NCBI GenBank assembly: GCA_964420925.1 | Contig: CAYQVB010000021.1 | Coordinates: forward strand, 587-64,586 | Direction of reading: 5' to 3' | Source: an uncultured Ectothiorhodospiraceae bacterium | GTDB lineage: Bacteria > Pseudomonadota > Gammaproteobacteria > HK1 | DNA: 64,000 bases | Part shown: positions 27,712 through 36,956 of the stretch, in pieces | Layout of the letters: every line of letters begins with the position of its first letter | Numbering within the stretch: the stretch's first letter is position 1 | Program-made: the position numbers and the translations under genes | The notes under the pieces: generated by a model | Seen by the model: the letters and a program-made list of their open reading frames with translations, nothing else | What the model was told of the DNA's origin: nothing | Databases searched by the model: none

Positions 27712-28557
27712 TCAGTTCTGGACGACCGACGAGTCTGCGCTCTCGCTCCGGGCCAGCATCTCGGACTCGGACAGGTGCCAGGACCGGGCGAAGACCTGCT
27801 CCTTGCTGTCGACCACCTTCACCGAGAGCTCACCGGGTCCATCGGGCACGTAGTGGAAGTGGATGCTCGGATCCTCGCTGAGCGAGATGTCGGACTCCAC
27901 CGTGAGGACCGGCTCATCCGCGTAGCGCACCTCGATGTTGTTCACGAAGTAGGCCGGCACATAGCGGCGGGTCATCTGGTCCATCTGCATCCCGGTATGG
28001 TTCGGGTGACTGATGAGAATCTGCGCGCGGTTCAGCTCGCCCGGCACCAGCTCCTCGCCCGGGCGCAGCTTCATCTTGCCGAGGCGGGCCAGCGCCTCGT
28101 CCGGGTCCTTGCCCGCGGGCGCGGAGCACCCACCCGAGGCCTTGACGAAGCGCTTGGTCATGAAGAGCTCGCCGTCGTTGGTCTCCGCAATCGCGCGGAT
28201 GTAGGTGTACGAGTTCACGCGGACGCGCGTGCTGAAGGATGCGAGGCCGCTCGCGGGAGTGAAGTGGAAGCGGCCGGCCATCGGCAGCGGGTTCTCGTCG
28301 ATGAGGAGCGTGATGGTCTTGATGTAGCGTTCCTCGCTCTGGGGAAACGCGGCGTCGAGGCTGATGGGGACGAGCGCGGCGTCGTGCGCCCGGTACGGCG
28401 CCTCGATGCTCAGGATCTCGCTGCCGTCCTGGATGGAGCGCTCCTCGAAGAGCAGATCGCGCATCGCCTCCCAGCGACTCTCATCCACATCTTTCGCCGC
28501 GACCGGGGTGGCGAGCAGAATCGCGAGGGCAGCGGAGAGTACCGGAACGGCTCTCAT
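27712..28557 (-). CDS. Quinoprotein dehydrogenase-associated SoxYZ-like carrier protein
   Basis: ATG 28557 follows GGAGG, and a signal peptide is present. A SoxY-like carrier cysteine lies in 'VKASGGCSAPAG' (Cys144, nt 28126-28128). A SoxZ-like C-terminal half follows. The track extension to 28977 was rejected. Confidence 0.75.
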   Translation of the reverse strand: MRAVPVLSAALAILLATPVAAKDVDESRWEAMRDLLFEERSIQDGSEILSIEAPYRAHDAALVPISLDAAFPQSEERYIKTITLLIDENPLPMAGRFHFTPASGLASFSTRVRVNSYTYIRAIAETNDGELFMTKRFVKASGGCSAPAGKDPDEALARLGKMKLRPGEELVPGELNRAQILISHPNHTGMQMDQMTRRYVPAYFVNNIEVRYADEPVLTVESDISLSEDPSIHFHYVPDGPGELSVKVVDSKEQVFARSWHLSESEMLARSESADSSVVQN

Positions 28558-28692
28558 GGGTCTGTTCCTCCCCTGGGACTGACTCTCCACTCTAGCACGA
28601 GGCACAGGGATGCGCGATGGCGACGACATCCTGCCCCAGGAGTACTTGACGCTGGCCGAACTCATGCTTCCAACGCGACCTGCACGGTCTCG

Positions 28693-28775
28693 GGTGGATT
28701 CCCGTTTGCACGGGAATGACGAATTGTGGCACCCGGTTGGGTTTCCGTCATTCCATATGATGTGCGGGAAACCAC
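28693..28775. repeat. Degenerate inverted pair of the REP-like head unit
   Basis: Left arm 'GGTGGATTCCCGTTTGCACGGGAATGACG' faces a decayed right arm 'CGTCATTCCATATGATGTGCGGGAAACCAC'. Confidence 0.6.
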
Positions 28776-29007
28776 GCGAAACAACGAGTCGAGGCAGGTG
28801 CCGTGGGAACGTGAAATGCCACTGAATCCAGCCGATGGCCGCTCCTGGCCCACGGATTTCCTGCTTCCGGCTCGATAGCCGTCGGACCTTCGATTGGCGC
28901 CGGGCCTCCCCCGCCTCACCTCCCCGAACCGGGACCCTCCCACAGGACGAGACGCCGCGGGGACGAAGTGCCGGCACGCGGCAGATGCGCCGCTGACCGC
29001 CCGGCTT

Positions 29008-29943
29008 CTACTCCCACTCGAGCTCGGTGAAGCTGGCCGTCACGTTGCGCGGATGACTCCACTCGAACCCGATCCACCGCCCGCGTTCCTCGCGAGCCGT
29101 ACGCGCGATCGCCGACTCGATACTGCCTCCCTCGGCGATCTCCCGCCGCACATCGCGCAGCAACGCCTGCAGGTAGCGCTCCTGGGCGTCGAGCGCCTCG
29201 GGCCAGGATGCGCTGGCAGGACCGTGTCCGGGAACCACGCGGGCCGCGGGTATCCGGCGCAGCTCCGCCATGACCGCCAACCAGCCCTTCAGGCTGCCGT
29301 CCACCACCGGCAGTCGATCGACGAAGAGCAGGTCGCCCGCGAACAGAGTACCGGTGCGCAGATCGTGCACGCTCAGGTCGCTGTCGGTGTGGGCGGTGCG
29401 CCAGGCGTTCAGCACCAGGATCCGATCGCCGAGATCGATCCGGGTTTCGTCCCGAACCTCGATATCCGGTTCCACGACCCGAGTCCCCTCGAAGGTCGGA
29501 CCGATGAGGCGCTCGAACGCCTCCAGGTAGAAGGGAGCGCGCAGAGCGAGCGCACGTCCGAGCTTGTGGTGGCCGGCAAACGCGGTGTCGCCGTCGTCGA
29601 AGGCCGCATTGCCGAAGGCGTGATCGGGGTGCGCGTGGGTGTTGAGCACATAGGCGATGGGAAGGTCGGTGAGCGCCTCGACGCTCGCGCGCAGGCGCCG
29701 GCCGAAAGCGAGGCTGCCCCCGCTGTCGATGAGCGCGACCGACTTCCCCCCGATGACCACGCCGGCGTTGCCGAACCCTCCCAGGTTCTCGGTAGTCGCA
29801 TCCTCGTGGGGGCCGACGTAGACGTGGACCCCCTCCGCCACCTCGACCAGCTCGAGGGGCGCGACATCCGCTCCTGCCCCGGAAGTGAGCGAGAGGCAGG
29901 CGGCAAGCGCAATCCCCCGCCACCGATCGCTTTCATGGAACAT
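29008..29943 (-). CDS. MBL-fold zinc metallohydrolase (quinoprotein relay system-type)
   Basis: HxHxDH in 'NTHAHPDHAFGN', with a later 'GHGP' His. Signal peptide 'MFHESDRWRGIALAACLSLTSGAGA'. ATG 29943. Confidence 0.85.
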   Translation of the reverse strand: MFHESDRWRGIALAACLSLTSGAGADVAPLELVEVAEGVHVYVGPHEDATTENLGGFGNAGVVIGGKSVALIDSGGSLAFGRRLRASVEALTDLPIAYVLNTHAHPDHAFGNAAFDDGDTAFAGHHKLGRALALRAPFYLEAFERLIGPTFEGTRVVEPDIEVRDETRIDLGDRILVLNAWRTAHTDSDLSVHDLRTGTLFAGDLLFVDRLPVVDGSLKGWLAVMAELRRIPAARVVPGHGPASASWPEALDAQERYLQALLRDVRREIAEGGSIESAIARTAREERGRWIGFEWSHPRNVTASFTELEWE

Positions 29944-29962
29944 CCCCTGCCACCTCGGCTCC

Positions 29963-30078
29963 GGTGGATTCCCGCTAATCAAGGGAATGACGGGAACAGA
30001 CGACTCGAACGCGCGTGCTGCCCCGATGTTCCTCGAGCGACAGCGGCGACACGTCCCCTGGCCATGGCAGGCTTCCGG
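29963..30078 (+). repeat. REP/MITE-like intergenic repeat, head+tail copy
   Basis: 'GGTGGATTCCCGCTAATCAAGGGAATGACGGGAACAGACGACTCGAACGCGCG..CGATGTTCC..CTGGCCATGGCAGGCTTCCGG'. It is near-identical in layout to 51342..51456 (reverse) and 768..880. Confidence 0.75.
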
Positions 30079-30288
30079 TCAGGGGGCCCATCAGCCTCGT
30101 CCGGCCGAATGCCACCGAATCTGCGCCTCGCCCCCCGGCTTGCGCAACGGCACCGCCACCACCGCACCAGGACCGATGCGGCATGGATTGGTGAGCCCTG
30201 GAGTGCTGCTCTACCATCACCGGCCATGATATCCGCATTGAATCTTCCACAGCGCACGCTTCGATCCGACTACGAGTGGTCGTCCGTC

Positions 30289-30966
30289 ATGGATGGGGAG
30301 GACGAGCCCCGATACCGCCGTCCCGCCTGCGCCCTGCGTTCCGCCTCGCCGGGCTCGGAGCCGGCACGATCCTGCGCTCGTCCTGGTGCGCGCCTCGTTC
30401 TCACCCTGGGATTGACGCTGGGCGCAATCGGGATTCCGGGCGTTCTTGCAGCGTTTGAACTCGGCGCGGAATGCGTAGCCGAGGAGCCGTCAGGCTACCG
30501 CATGTCCGACTTCCGCGCGCCCGTGCCCTGTACCCTCGACGGCGCATGGGTGGTGTCCACCGAAGACCTGCAGCGATTGATCGCGGAGCAGCCCCCGGTG
30601 CTCATCGACGTGCTTCCCTCTCCCCGCCGCCCCGAGGGCCTCTCGGAGGACGCGCTATGGCAGCCCCCCGCCCGGAGGAACATACCCGGCACCGTGTGGC
30701 TCCCGAACACCGGGTTCGGCGAGCTCCCGGTCGAGGAGGAGGCATACCTGCGTGCGAATCTCGAACGCGTGACCCAAGACGATCCCTCGCGCCGCATCGT
30801 CTTCTACTGCCTCGCAGACTGCTGGATGTCGTGGAATGCAGCGCGCCGGGCACTCGAGTGGGGCTACACCTCGGTGGTCTGGTATCCCTTCGGCAGCGAC
30901 AGCTGGGCCGCCGAGGGCCTGCCGCTCGCTGAATCGACTCCGGTACCGAGAGAGGCCGGTCAGTAG
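30289..30966 (+). CDS. Rhodanese-like protein with C-x3-CW motif (PQQ-dependent catabolism-associated CXXCW-motif family-like)
   Basis: C-terminal 'IVFYCLADCWMSWNAARRALEWGYTSVVWYPFG' (Cys codons at 30808 and 30820) and a signal-like 'RLVLTLGLTLGAIGIPGVLAA'. The start is uncertain (ATG 30289 or 30226). The 690-aa track ORF from 28894 is an artefact. Confidence 0.65.
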   Translation: MDGEDEPRYRRPACALRSASPGSEPARSCARPGARLVLTLGLTLGAIGIPGVLAAFELGAECVAEEPSGYRMSDFRAPVPCTLDGAWVVSTEDLQRLIAEQPPVLIDVLPSPRRPEGLSEDALWQPPARRNIPGTVWLPNTGFGELPVEEEAYLRANLERVTQDDPSRRIVFYCLADCWMSWNAARRALEWGYTSVVWYPFGSDSWAAEGLPLAESTPVPREAGQ

Positions 30967-31006
30967 CAAGCGGCGCGAGCGCGATGGGCGGTCGCACTCT
31001 CAACTA

Positions 31007-31618
31007 CTACGCACCATCGAGAAGACGTTCCATCAGGATGTTGTCCAGCAGGTAAGTGGTGGCGCGCCGCCATGAGCGTTCGGTATTGCCGCGCAGGTCC
31101 ACGAAGGCGTGGCCGACGGGAACTCCGCTCTCGACATCGAGGACGACCACGTTGAGGTTGACGATCAGATAGCTGACTATCTGTATCCAACCCACCGCCA
31201 CCCAGTCGGCTCCGAGCGCCCGGGCGATGGTCCGCTCGCAGCCGTTGCACTGGTGCAGGTACTGGCCGGGATCGGCGGCAAGGATCGCGGAGCGGGTGGC
31301 ATCGGCGGGCACCGCATCGAAGCCTTCCGCACGCAGCCCTTCGCGGATCAGCTCCGCGACCATGTCGAGACGTTGACGCTCCTCGGGAGTGGTGCGCCCG
31401 GCGTCCGGCAGGTAGTCCGCCTTCATCAGCTCGATGTCGAGCACCGCGACGCGAGTGGCGGCTCGCTCCGCCGACAGGGCCGGTGCACACGAGACCGCTA
31501 GCGACAGCGCCACCGCCAACAGACGGGTCACGCCAGGAATCCGGGCGCGCGATATCCAACCTCGCGGCGGCGGCGGCGGGCGGGGCTTCCTGACAATCGA
31601 ACGGGCATTCGTTAGCAT
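31007..31618 (-). CDS. Hypothetical exported protein, possible lipoprotein
   Basis: Signal/lipobox-like 'LLAVALSLAVSC' (alternative GTG start at 31531). There is a 'CNGC' pair. I did not recognise a family. Confidence 0.5.
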   Translation of the reverse strand: MLTNARSIVRKPRPPPPPRGWISRARIPGVTRLLAVALSLAVSCAPALSAERAATRVAVLDIELMKADYLPDAGRTTPEERQRLDMVAELIREGLRAEGFDAVPADATRSAILAADPGQYLHQCNGCERTIARALGADWVAVGWIQIVSYLIVNLNVVVLDVESGVPVGHAFVDLRGNTERSWRRATTYLLDNILMERLLDGA

Positions 31619-31648
31619 CGGGGGCCGGCTCCACCGGAGTATCGCAAG

Positions 31649-32011
31649 ATGAAGCAGTTGCTCATGGCGGCGGCGAGCTTGTCATTGTACGCCGGGACCG
31701 CATCGGCAAATGACTTCCCGACCCAGGCGCGGGTCGAGTACGTCATCGCCTGCATGAATGAGCGAGGGGAGCAGAGTTACGACACCCTCTATCCCTGCGT
31801 GTGCATCGTGGATCGGATCGCGTCCAGCATGTCCTACCGGGAGTATGTCGAGGCGGAGACGCTCACCTTCCTCTTCAGCACTCCGGGTGAGAAGGGCGGG
31901 GTGTTCCGGGACGCTGCTCCGTCTTCCAGGAAACGCATCAAGGCGTTGAAGGCCCTGCGCGAGGAGTCGGAAGCCGCGTGTCATGTATCCCGGGTCGCGA
32001 GCAGTCAGTAG
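31649..32011 (+). CDS. Hypothetical small secreted protein (120 aa)
   Basis: Signal peptide 'MKQLLMAAASLSLYAGTASA'. It has four internal Cys and a basic C-terminus. I did not recognise a family. Confidence 0.5.
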   Translation: MKQLLMAAASLSLYAGTASANDFPTQARVEYVIACMNERGEQSYDTLYPCVCIVDRIASSMSYREYVEAETLTFLFSTPGEKGGVFRDAAPSSRKRIKALKALREESEAACHVSRVASSQ

Positions 32012-32439
32012 CCGTCGACTCGGCTCGCTCGCATCGACATTCGGTCGCCCCATGCTGCCCCGGGTCGGGATGGCGGGCGGCGTGCACATGAGGGCCGGTG
32101 CCCGGTCGGAGCGCCTCGTGCTCCATCCTGGCGGAAGCCCCACCAGGGATTGACGGCGGGGTCTCGATTGAGTGATCCGGTCCCCTGCCCGGTACATCGT
32201 CCGGCGCTGCGGGAGACTTCAACTCTCGGCGCACATGTTGTGGCGGCCCGCGTCTCGGCAGGGTACTTCACGCTGGCCTCTCGGAGGCTTCGCTTTTCCG
32301 GTGAAACGACGTATGCTAGCGAGCGGTGCGCTCTCGAATTCATACGCCCAAACTGCCGAATCACAGCGAAAACTGCATGTCTTTCAGTCACTTGAAGCAC
32401 AGTTCGGTCACCTCACCAACACGAGCAACGGAGAAGAAG

Positions 32440-34254
32440 ATGATCAAGAAGCTACTTCCACTCGTTGGCTCCATCGCCGTGGGTGCGGCGATAGGGGTTC
32501 CGGGGGTCGCCTCGGCCAACGATGAATTGATGGCGTTGTCCGCAGACGCCAACAACTGGGTGATGTGGGGCAGGACCTACGACGGTTCCCGCTACAGCCC
32601 TCTCAATCAGATCAACAAGGAGAACGCCGGCAACCTGCAGGTCGCCTGGACCTTCTCCACCGGGGTTCTGCGCGGACACGAAGGCGGGCCCCTGGTAATC
32701 GGTGACACCATGTGGGTGCATACCCCGGTGCCGAACAAGGTGTTCTCGATCAACCTCAACGATCAGACCATCAACTGGATGTACGTACCCAAGCAGGATG
32801 AGGCGGTGACCGTACCCGTCATGTGCTGCGACACGGTGTACCGGGGCCTCGCGTATGCCGAAGGCAAGATCTTCCTGCAGCAGGCGGACACCACCCTGGT
32901 CGCGCTCGACGCGATGACCGGTGAAGTCATCTGGAAGGCCGTGAACGGCGATCCGACCATCGGCGAGACCAACACCAACTCCCCCATCGTGGTCGGAGAC
33001 AAGGTGTACACGGGTATCAGCGGAGGCGAGTTCGGGGTACGCGGCTTCCTCGCCGCCTACAACATCAACGACGGCAGCCTGGTATGGAAGGGTTACAGCA
33101 CCGGTCCCGACGAAGAGATGCTGATCGACCCCGAGATGACCACCTCGATGCTGAAGCCGGTCGGCCCGAACTCGAGCCTCGACTCGTGGAAGGGCGACCA
33201 GTGGAAGATCGGCGGAGGCACGACCTGGGGTTGGTTCACCTATGACCCCGATCTGAATCTCATTTACTACGGCACCGGCAACCCCAGCACCTGGAACCCC
33301 GTGGTGCGCCCCGGCGACAACAAGTGGTCGATGACCCTCTTCGCACGCGATGCGGATACCGGAATGGCGCGCTGGGTTTACCAGATGACGCCTCACGACG
33401 AGTGGGACTATGACGGCGTCAACGAGAGCATCCTCGCCGACATCGAGATCGACGGCCAGATGCGCAAGGTGCTCGTGCACTTCGACCGCAACGGTTTCGG
33501 TTACACCCTCGACCGGGTGACCGGTGAGCTGCTGGTGGCGGAGAAGTACGATCCTGCCGTCAACTGGGCGACCCACGTCGACATGGAGACGGGGCGGCCC
33601 TCGGTCGTGGCGCGCTACAGCACCCGCTGGCACGGTGAGGACGTCAACACCACCGACGTCTGCCCGGCCGCGCTCGGCAGCAAGGACCAGCAGCCGGCCG
33701 CCTACTCGCCGGACACCGGCCTGTTCTACGTGCCCACCAACCACGTGTGCATGGACTACGAGCCCTTCTACGTCGACTACGTGGCCGGGCAGCCCTATGT
33801 CGGGGCGACTCTCAGCATGTTCCCGGCCGGGCGCGTGATGGGCGACGGCACCGACAACCTCGGCAACTTCATCGCCTGGGACGCGGCGAAGGGCGAGATC
33901 GTCTGGTCCATCCCGGAGGCCTTCTCGGTGTGGAGCGGCGCGCTCGCCACCGGCGGCGGCGTGGTGTTCTACGGCACCCTGGACGGGTACCTGAAGGCGG
34001 TGGATGCCGACACCGGTGATCTGCTCTACAGCTTCAAGACCCCGTCCGGCATCATCGGCAACGTGAACACCTGGGTGCACAACGGCAAGCAGTACCTCGG
34101 AATCCTCTCCGGCCTCGGTGGCTGGGCCGGCATCGGCATGGCCGCGGGTCTGGAAGGCGATACCGACGGTCTGGGTGCGGTAGGCGCCTACAAGGGCCTC
34201 TCCCAGCACACCCAGCTCGGAGGCGTGCTGACCGTCTTCGCCCTGCCGGGCTGA
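32440..34254 (+). CDS. xoxF: PQQ-dependent methanol/ethanol-family dehydrogenase, XoxF (lanthanide-dependent) type
   Basis: ATG 32440 follows GGAGAAG, and a signal peptide is present. '[21 protein letters not shown]', the vicinal disulfide 'VMCCDTV' and 'GGTTWGW' are present. '[11 protein letters not shown]' carries the extra Asp (D-Y-D, nt 33406-33414) characteristic of Ln-dependent enzymes. Confidence 0.9.
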   Translation: MIKKLLPLVGSIAVGAAIGVPGVASANDELMALSADANNWVMWGRTYDGSRYSPLNQINKENAGNLQVAWTFSTGVLRGHEGGPLVIGDTMWVHTPVPNKVFSINLNDQTINWMYVPKQDEAVTVPVMCCDTVYRGLAYAEGKIFLQQADTTLVALDAMTGEVIWKAVNGDPTIGETNTNSPIVVGDKVYTGISGGEFGVRGFLAAYNINDGSLVWKGYSTGPDEEMLIDPEMTTSMLKPVGPNSSLDSWKGDQWKIGGGTTWGWFTYDPDLNLIYYGTGNPSTWNPVVRPGDNKWSMTLFARDADTGMARWVYQMTPHDEWDYDGVNESILADIEIDGQMRKVLVHFDRNGFGYTLDRVTGELLVAEKYDPAVNWATHVDMETGRPSVVARYSTRWHGEDVNTTDVCPAALGSKDQQPAAYSPDTGLFYVPTNHVCMDYEPFYVDYVAGQPYVGATLSMFPAGRVMGDGTDNLGNFIAWDAAKGEIVWSIPEAFSVWSGALATGGGVVFYGTLDGYLKAVDADTGDLLYSFKTPSGIIGNVNTWVHNGKQYLGILSGLGGWAGIGMAAGLEGDTDGLGAVGAYKGLSQHTQLGGVLTVFALPG

Positions 34255-34313
34255 GACTTCTTCGATGGGTGACGGCGGCCACGGAGGCCGCCGGATCCCT
34301 CTTCCGACTGCAG

Positions 34314-34350
34314 CGGCTGCGGCCCCTTGAGCCGCAGCCGTTTTCGTTTC
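34314..34350 (+). terminator. Rho-independent terminator/attenuator between xoxF and xoxG
   Basis: 10-bp stem CGGCTGCGGC / GCCGCAGCCG with loop CCCTTGA, followed by TTTTCGTTTC. Confidence 0.6.
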
Positions 34351-34444
34351 CGCGAGGGACTCGGGTCGAGTCCTTCCGGGAAGGTGCTTCCACTCCGCGC
34401 CGCCTCAGCTCGCGGTGCCGGTCACATGTCAAGGGGACTCGAAC

Positions 34445-34897
34445 GTGAAACCCTTCCTTCGCTCCATCCATACGGGCCTGGCCGGATCGGCGCTCCTCGG
34501 CATCTTCGCCGCGCTCCTGACCCCCTTCGCCCTGGCCCAGGACGTGCCCACCTACGAAGGTCACATCCAATGCGAGACTGAAGGCTCGCCCAGATCCTGC
34601 AAGATCGATCTCTGGCTGACCCGCGGGTACCGCGCGTTCAGCCAGTGCCAGGTCTGCCACGGGCTGGACGGCAGCGGCAGTACCATCGGACCGAGCCTGC
34701 TCGACAAGATGAAGGAAATCGACCATGCGCGTTTCATGGAGGTCGTCACCAAGGGCATGCAGGGAACGATCGGGGTCATGCCGGGTTGGGAGAACAATCC
34801 CAACGTCATGAAGTACGTCGACCAGCTCTACGCATACCTCATGGCGCGCTCGGACGGAGTGCTTCCGGGAGGCAAGGTGAAACGCTACGACAGATGA
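34445..34897 (+). CDS. xoxG: Mono-haem cytochrome c (XoxG / cytochrome cL-like)
   Basis: Haem site 'CQVCH', a signal peptide, and a position directly after xoxF. GTG 34445 has AAGGGGA upstream (the track start is 34415). Confidence 0.8.
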   Translation: MKPFLRSIHTGLAGSALLGIFAALLTPFALAQDVPTYEGHIQCETEGSPRSCKIDLWLTRGYRAFSQCQVCHGLDGSGSTIGPSLLDKMKEIDHARFMEVVTKGMQGTIGVMPGWENNPNVMKYVDQLYAYLMARSDGVLPGGKVKRYDR

Positions 34898-34907
34898 GGT
34901 ATCGGGA

Positions 34908-35783
34908 ATGAATGCGAAGACCCGAATGCCGGCGGCGACGTTCCGCGCCACGCTTGCCGCGGGGCTGATGGTGGTGACGATGGGGGGCGCGACCAGCGTC
35001 GCTGCCGAAGACGCGCGAAGCGCCTTCAAGGTCTGCGCGGACCCCCATTACCTCCCGTGGTCGAACGAAGCGGGGGAGGGCTACGAGAACCGGATCGCGT
35101 CGCTGCTCGCCGGCGAGCTCGGCCTGCCGGTCGAGTACACCTGGTTCCCGCAGCGCATGGGCTTCATCCGGAACACCCTGCGCGCCAAGGACGACGACGG
35201 AGATTACAAGTGCGACGTCGTGATGGGATTGCCCGCAGGCTACGAGCTGGCGATCACCACCGACCCCTACTACCACTCGACCTACGCCCTGGTCTACGTG
35301 AAGGGTCGAGGACTGGATGATATTCGCTCGGCCACGGATCTGCTGACACTCGATCCGGCCCAGCGTGATCGGCTTCGCTTCGGTCTCGCCGAACGAAATC
35401 CCGGCACGGTGTGGCTGGCGAAGCACGGACTGCTCGACCTGCTCCAGGTCGCGTACGCGTCGCAGCACGGCGACCCGGAGGTGCAGCCGGGGCAACTCGA
35501 GCGCGAAGACCTTCTCGCGGGGAACATCGATGTCACCATCATGTGGGGACCCATCGCGGGCTACTTTGCGCTCAGCAACCCCGACACTCCGATCGCGGTG
35601 ATTCCGATGGCTTCGGAGCCCGGAGTGCACCTGCACTTCGGAATCTCGGCCGGCGTGCGTTTCGGGCAGGGAGAGCGAAAGAACGAGCTTCAGGCCCTGC
35701 TCGACGAAAACGCGGACGCCATCGAAACCATACTCCGCGAGTACGGCGTCCCCCTGGTGGATGAGAACGGCGCGCTGATTTGA
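34908..35783 (+). CDS. xoxJ: MxaJ/XoxJ-like periplasmic binding protein
   Basis: Signal peptide. 'FKVCADPHYLPWSNE..GYENRIASLLAGELG' is the MoxJ-family N-terminus. The gene order is xoxF-G-J. Confidence 0.8.
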   Translation: MNAKTRMPAATFRATLAAGLMVVTMGGATSVAAEDARSAFKVCADPHYLPWSNEAGEGYENRIASLLAGELGLPVEYTWFPQRMGFIRNTLRAKDDDGDYKCDVVMGLPAGYELAITTDPYYHSTYALVYVKGRGLDDIRSATDLLTLDPAQRDRLRFGLAERNPGTVWLAKHGLLDLLQVAYASQHGDPEVQPGQLEREDLLAGNIDVTIMWGPIAGYFALSNPDTPIAVIPMASEPGVHLHFGISAGVRFGQGERKNELQALLDENADAIETILREYGVPLVDENGALI

Positions 35784-35991
35784 TTGCCGGGCCGGCCCGC
35801 TCAGCGGAGGCCGTCCGGGTGGAGGTGGACGCGCAACGCCGAGTGTGTCCCCGCACGAGGGGCGGTCACGCACACTCGCTCTCATGCCAACAGGGCGGAG
35901 GACGGCTTGGCGCTAAGGGCGAGGTGCTCGCTGGTGCCGGACGCGCCCGCTTCGACGGGGGGAGCGAGACCCTCCGGCCTGGTGATCAGAT

Positions 35992-36732
35992 CTACTGGAG
36001 GTGCCAGTTGCCGTTGCGGTCGCGGCAGGCTACCCGGTAGCCCTGCTCGGTCCGGTTGCCCACCCGTACCGTCTGGTGGTACTCCCGGCACGGATTGCCA
36101 TAGTCGTCCCGACCGTTTCTGGTAACCCTCACCTCGCCGCTCGCGCTGCCGCTCAGGTTCGCGGGGTTTGTCCAGGTGGTCGCGCTGTTGCCGCCGGCAT
36201 CGAGGGCTCGGCGAATCGCCTGGCTTTGGCGCCGCTGTGAGTGGAGGTCGAGACTGCGGGATTGCACGCCGGTGTGACCGGAGGGGCCGGTTGTGTTGCC
36301 GCCATCCGCGAACTGGTTGAGAAATAGCATCCCGGCCAGCACGCCCAACGCGATACCGGCTCCCTCCTCCCAGTCGTCGTTCCGGCGGTGGCCATGGCGT
36401 CTCGGCTTCGGGTGCCCGTGACGTCGCCACTCCCGGTGGACGTGCCAGCCGAGCCCGTCGTGACGATGCTCCATCGTATGGAGGGTCCAGCGTCCCTTCC
36501 CGGATCCGCGACGGTGGTCGTGCCGGTACCAGTCGTGGCGCCAGTGGCCGTGTCTTCCGTGGTGATGCCGGTGGTCTCCGAGGTGGCGTCCGGCTCCGAC
36601 ATGCACCGTCGAAGCTCCGAACCAGGTGGCGTGGTCGTGCAGACCGAACAGTCCGGCGGCAGATGCGGGCAGGGCCGTCAAAACGACGCCCATTGCGACC
36701 ACGGTGCCAAGGAAGCTACGGTGTACTTGCAT
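35992..36732 (-). CDS. Secreted His-rich protein with glycine-zipper and C-terminal surface-antigen (17-kDa antigen/COG4520-like) domain
   Basis: ATG 36732 follows GGAGGAG, with signal peptide 'MQVHRSFLGTVVAMGVVLTALPASAAG'. By hand count there are 22 His in about 97 residues. 'GAGIALGVLAGMLF' is present. The C-terminus reads 'GNPCREYHQTVRVGNRTEQGYRVACRDRNGNWHLQ'. Confidence 0.7.
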   Translation of the reverse strand: MQVHRSFLGTVVAMGVVLTALPASAAGLFGLHDHATWFGASTVHVGAGRHLGDHRHHHGRHGHWRHDWYRHDHRRGSGKGRWTLHTMEHRHDGLGWHVHREWRRHGHPKPRRHGHRRNDDWEEGAGIALGVLAGMLFLNQFADGGNTTGPSGHTGVQSRSLDLHSQRRQSQAIRRALDAGGNSATTWTNPANLSGSASGEVRVTRNGRDDYGNPCREYHQTVRVGNRTEQGYRVACRDRNGNWHLQ

Positions 36733-36956
36733 CGACGTGCTCCTCCGAGGGCGAAGCGGGCCGAGGGGGAGTCTTTCTCGTTCTCTCTCGCCATGCCCTT
36801 TGCTATTCGCGCTCCATCTCGCAACGCGTACGCCGATTCTACGCCCTTCAATCACTCCCCGATCGATTCGTACTTTCCGCCAAAAAGCGTAAGCGGGCCA
36901 GCCCCCGGGACGACTCCTTTCGAGGTCGTGTCCGACCGAGTTCCGGACTCCGAGAC

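Noticed and set aside
28894-30966. 690-aa ORF on the plus strand spanning the MBL gene region.
   Set aside because: Only the last ~225 codons (rhodanese-like C-x3-CW protein) look genuine. The upstream part is antisense to the MBL hydrolase, crosses a REP element, and is compositionally nonsense.
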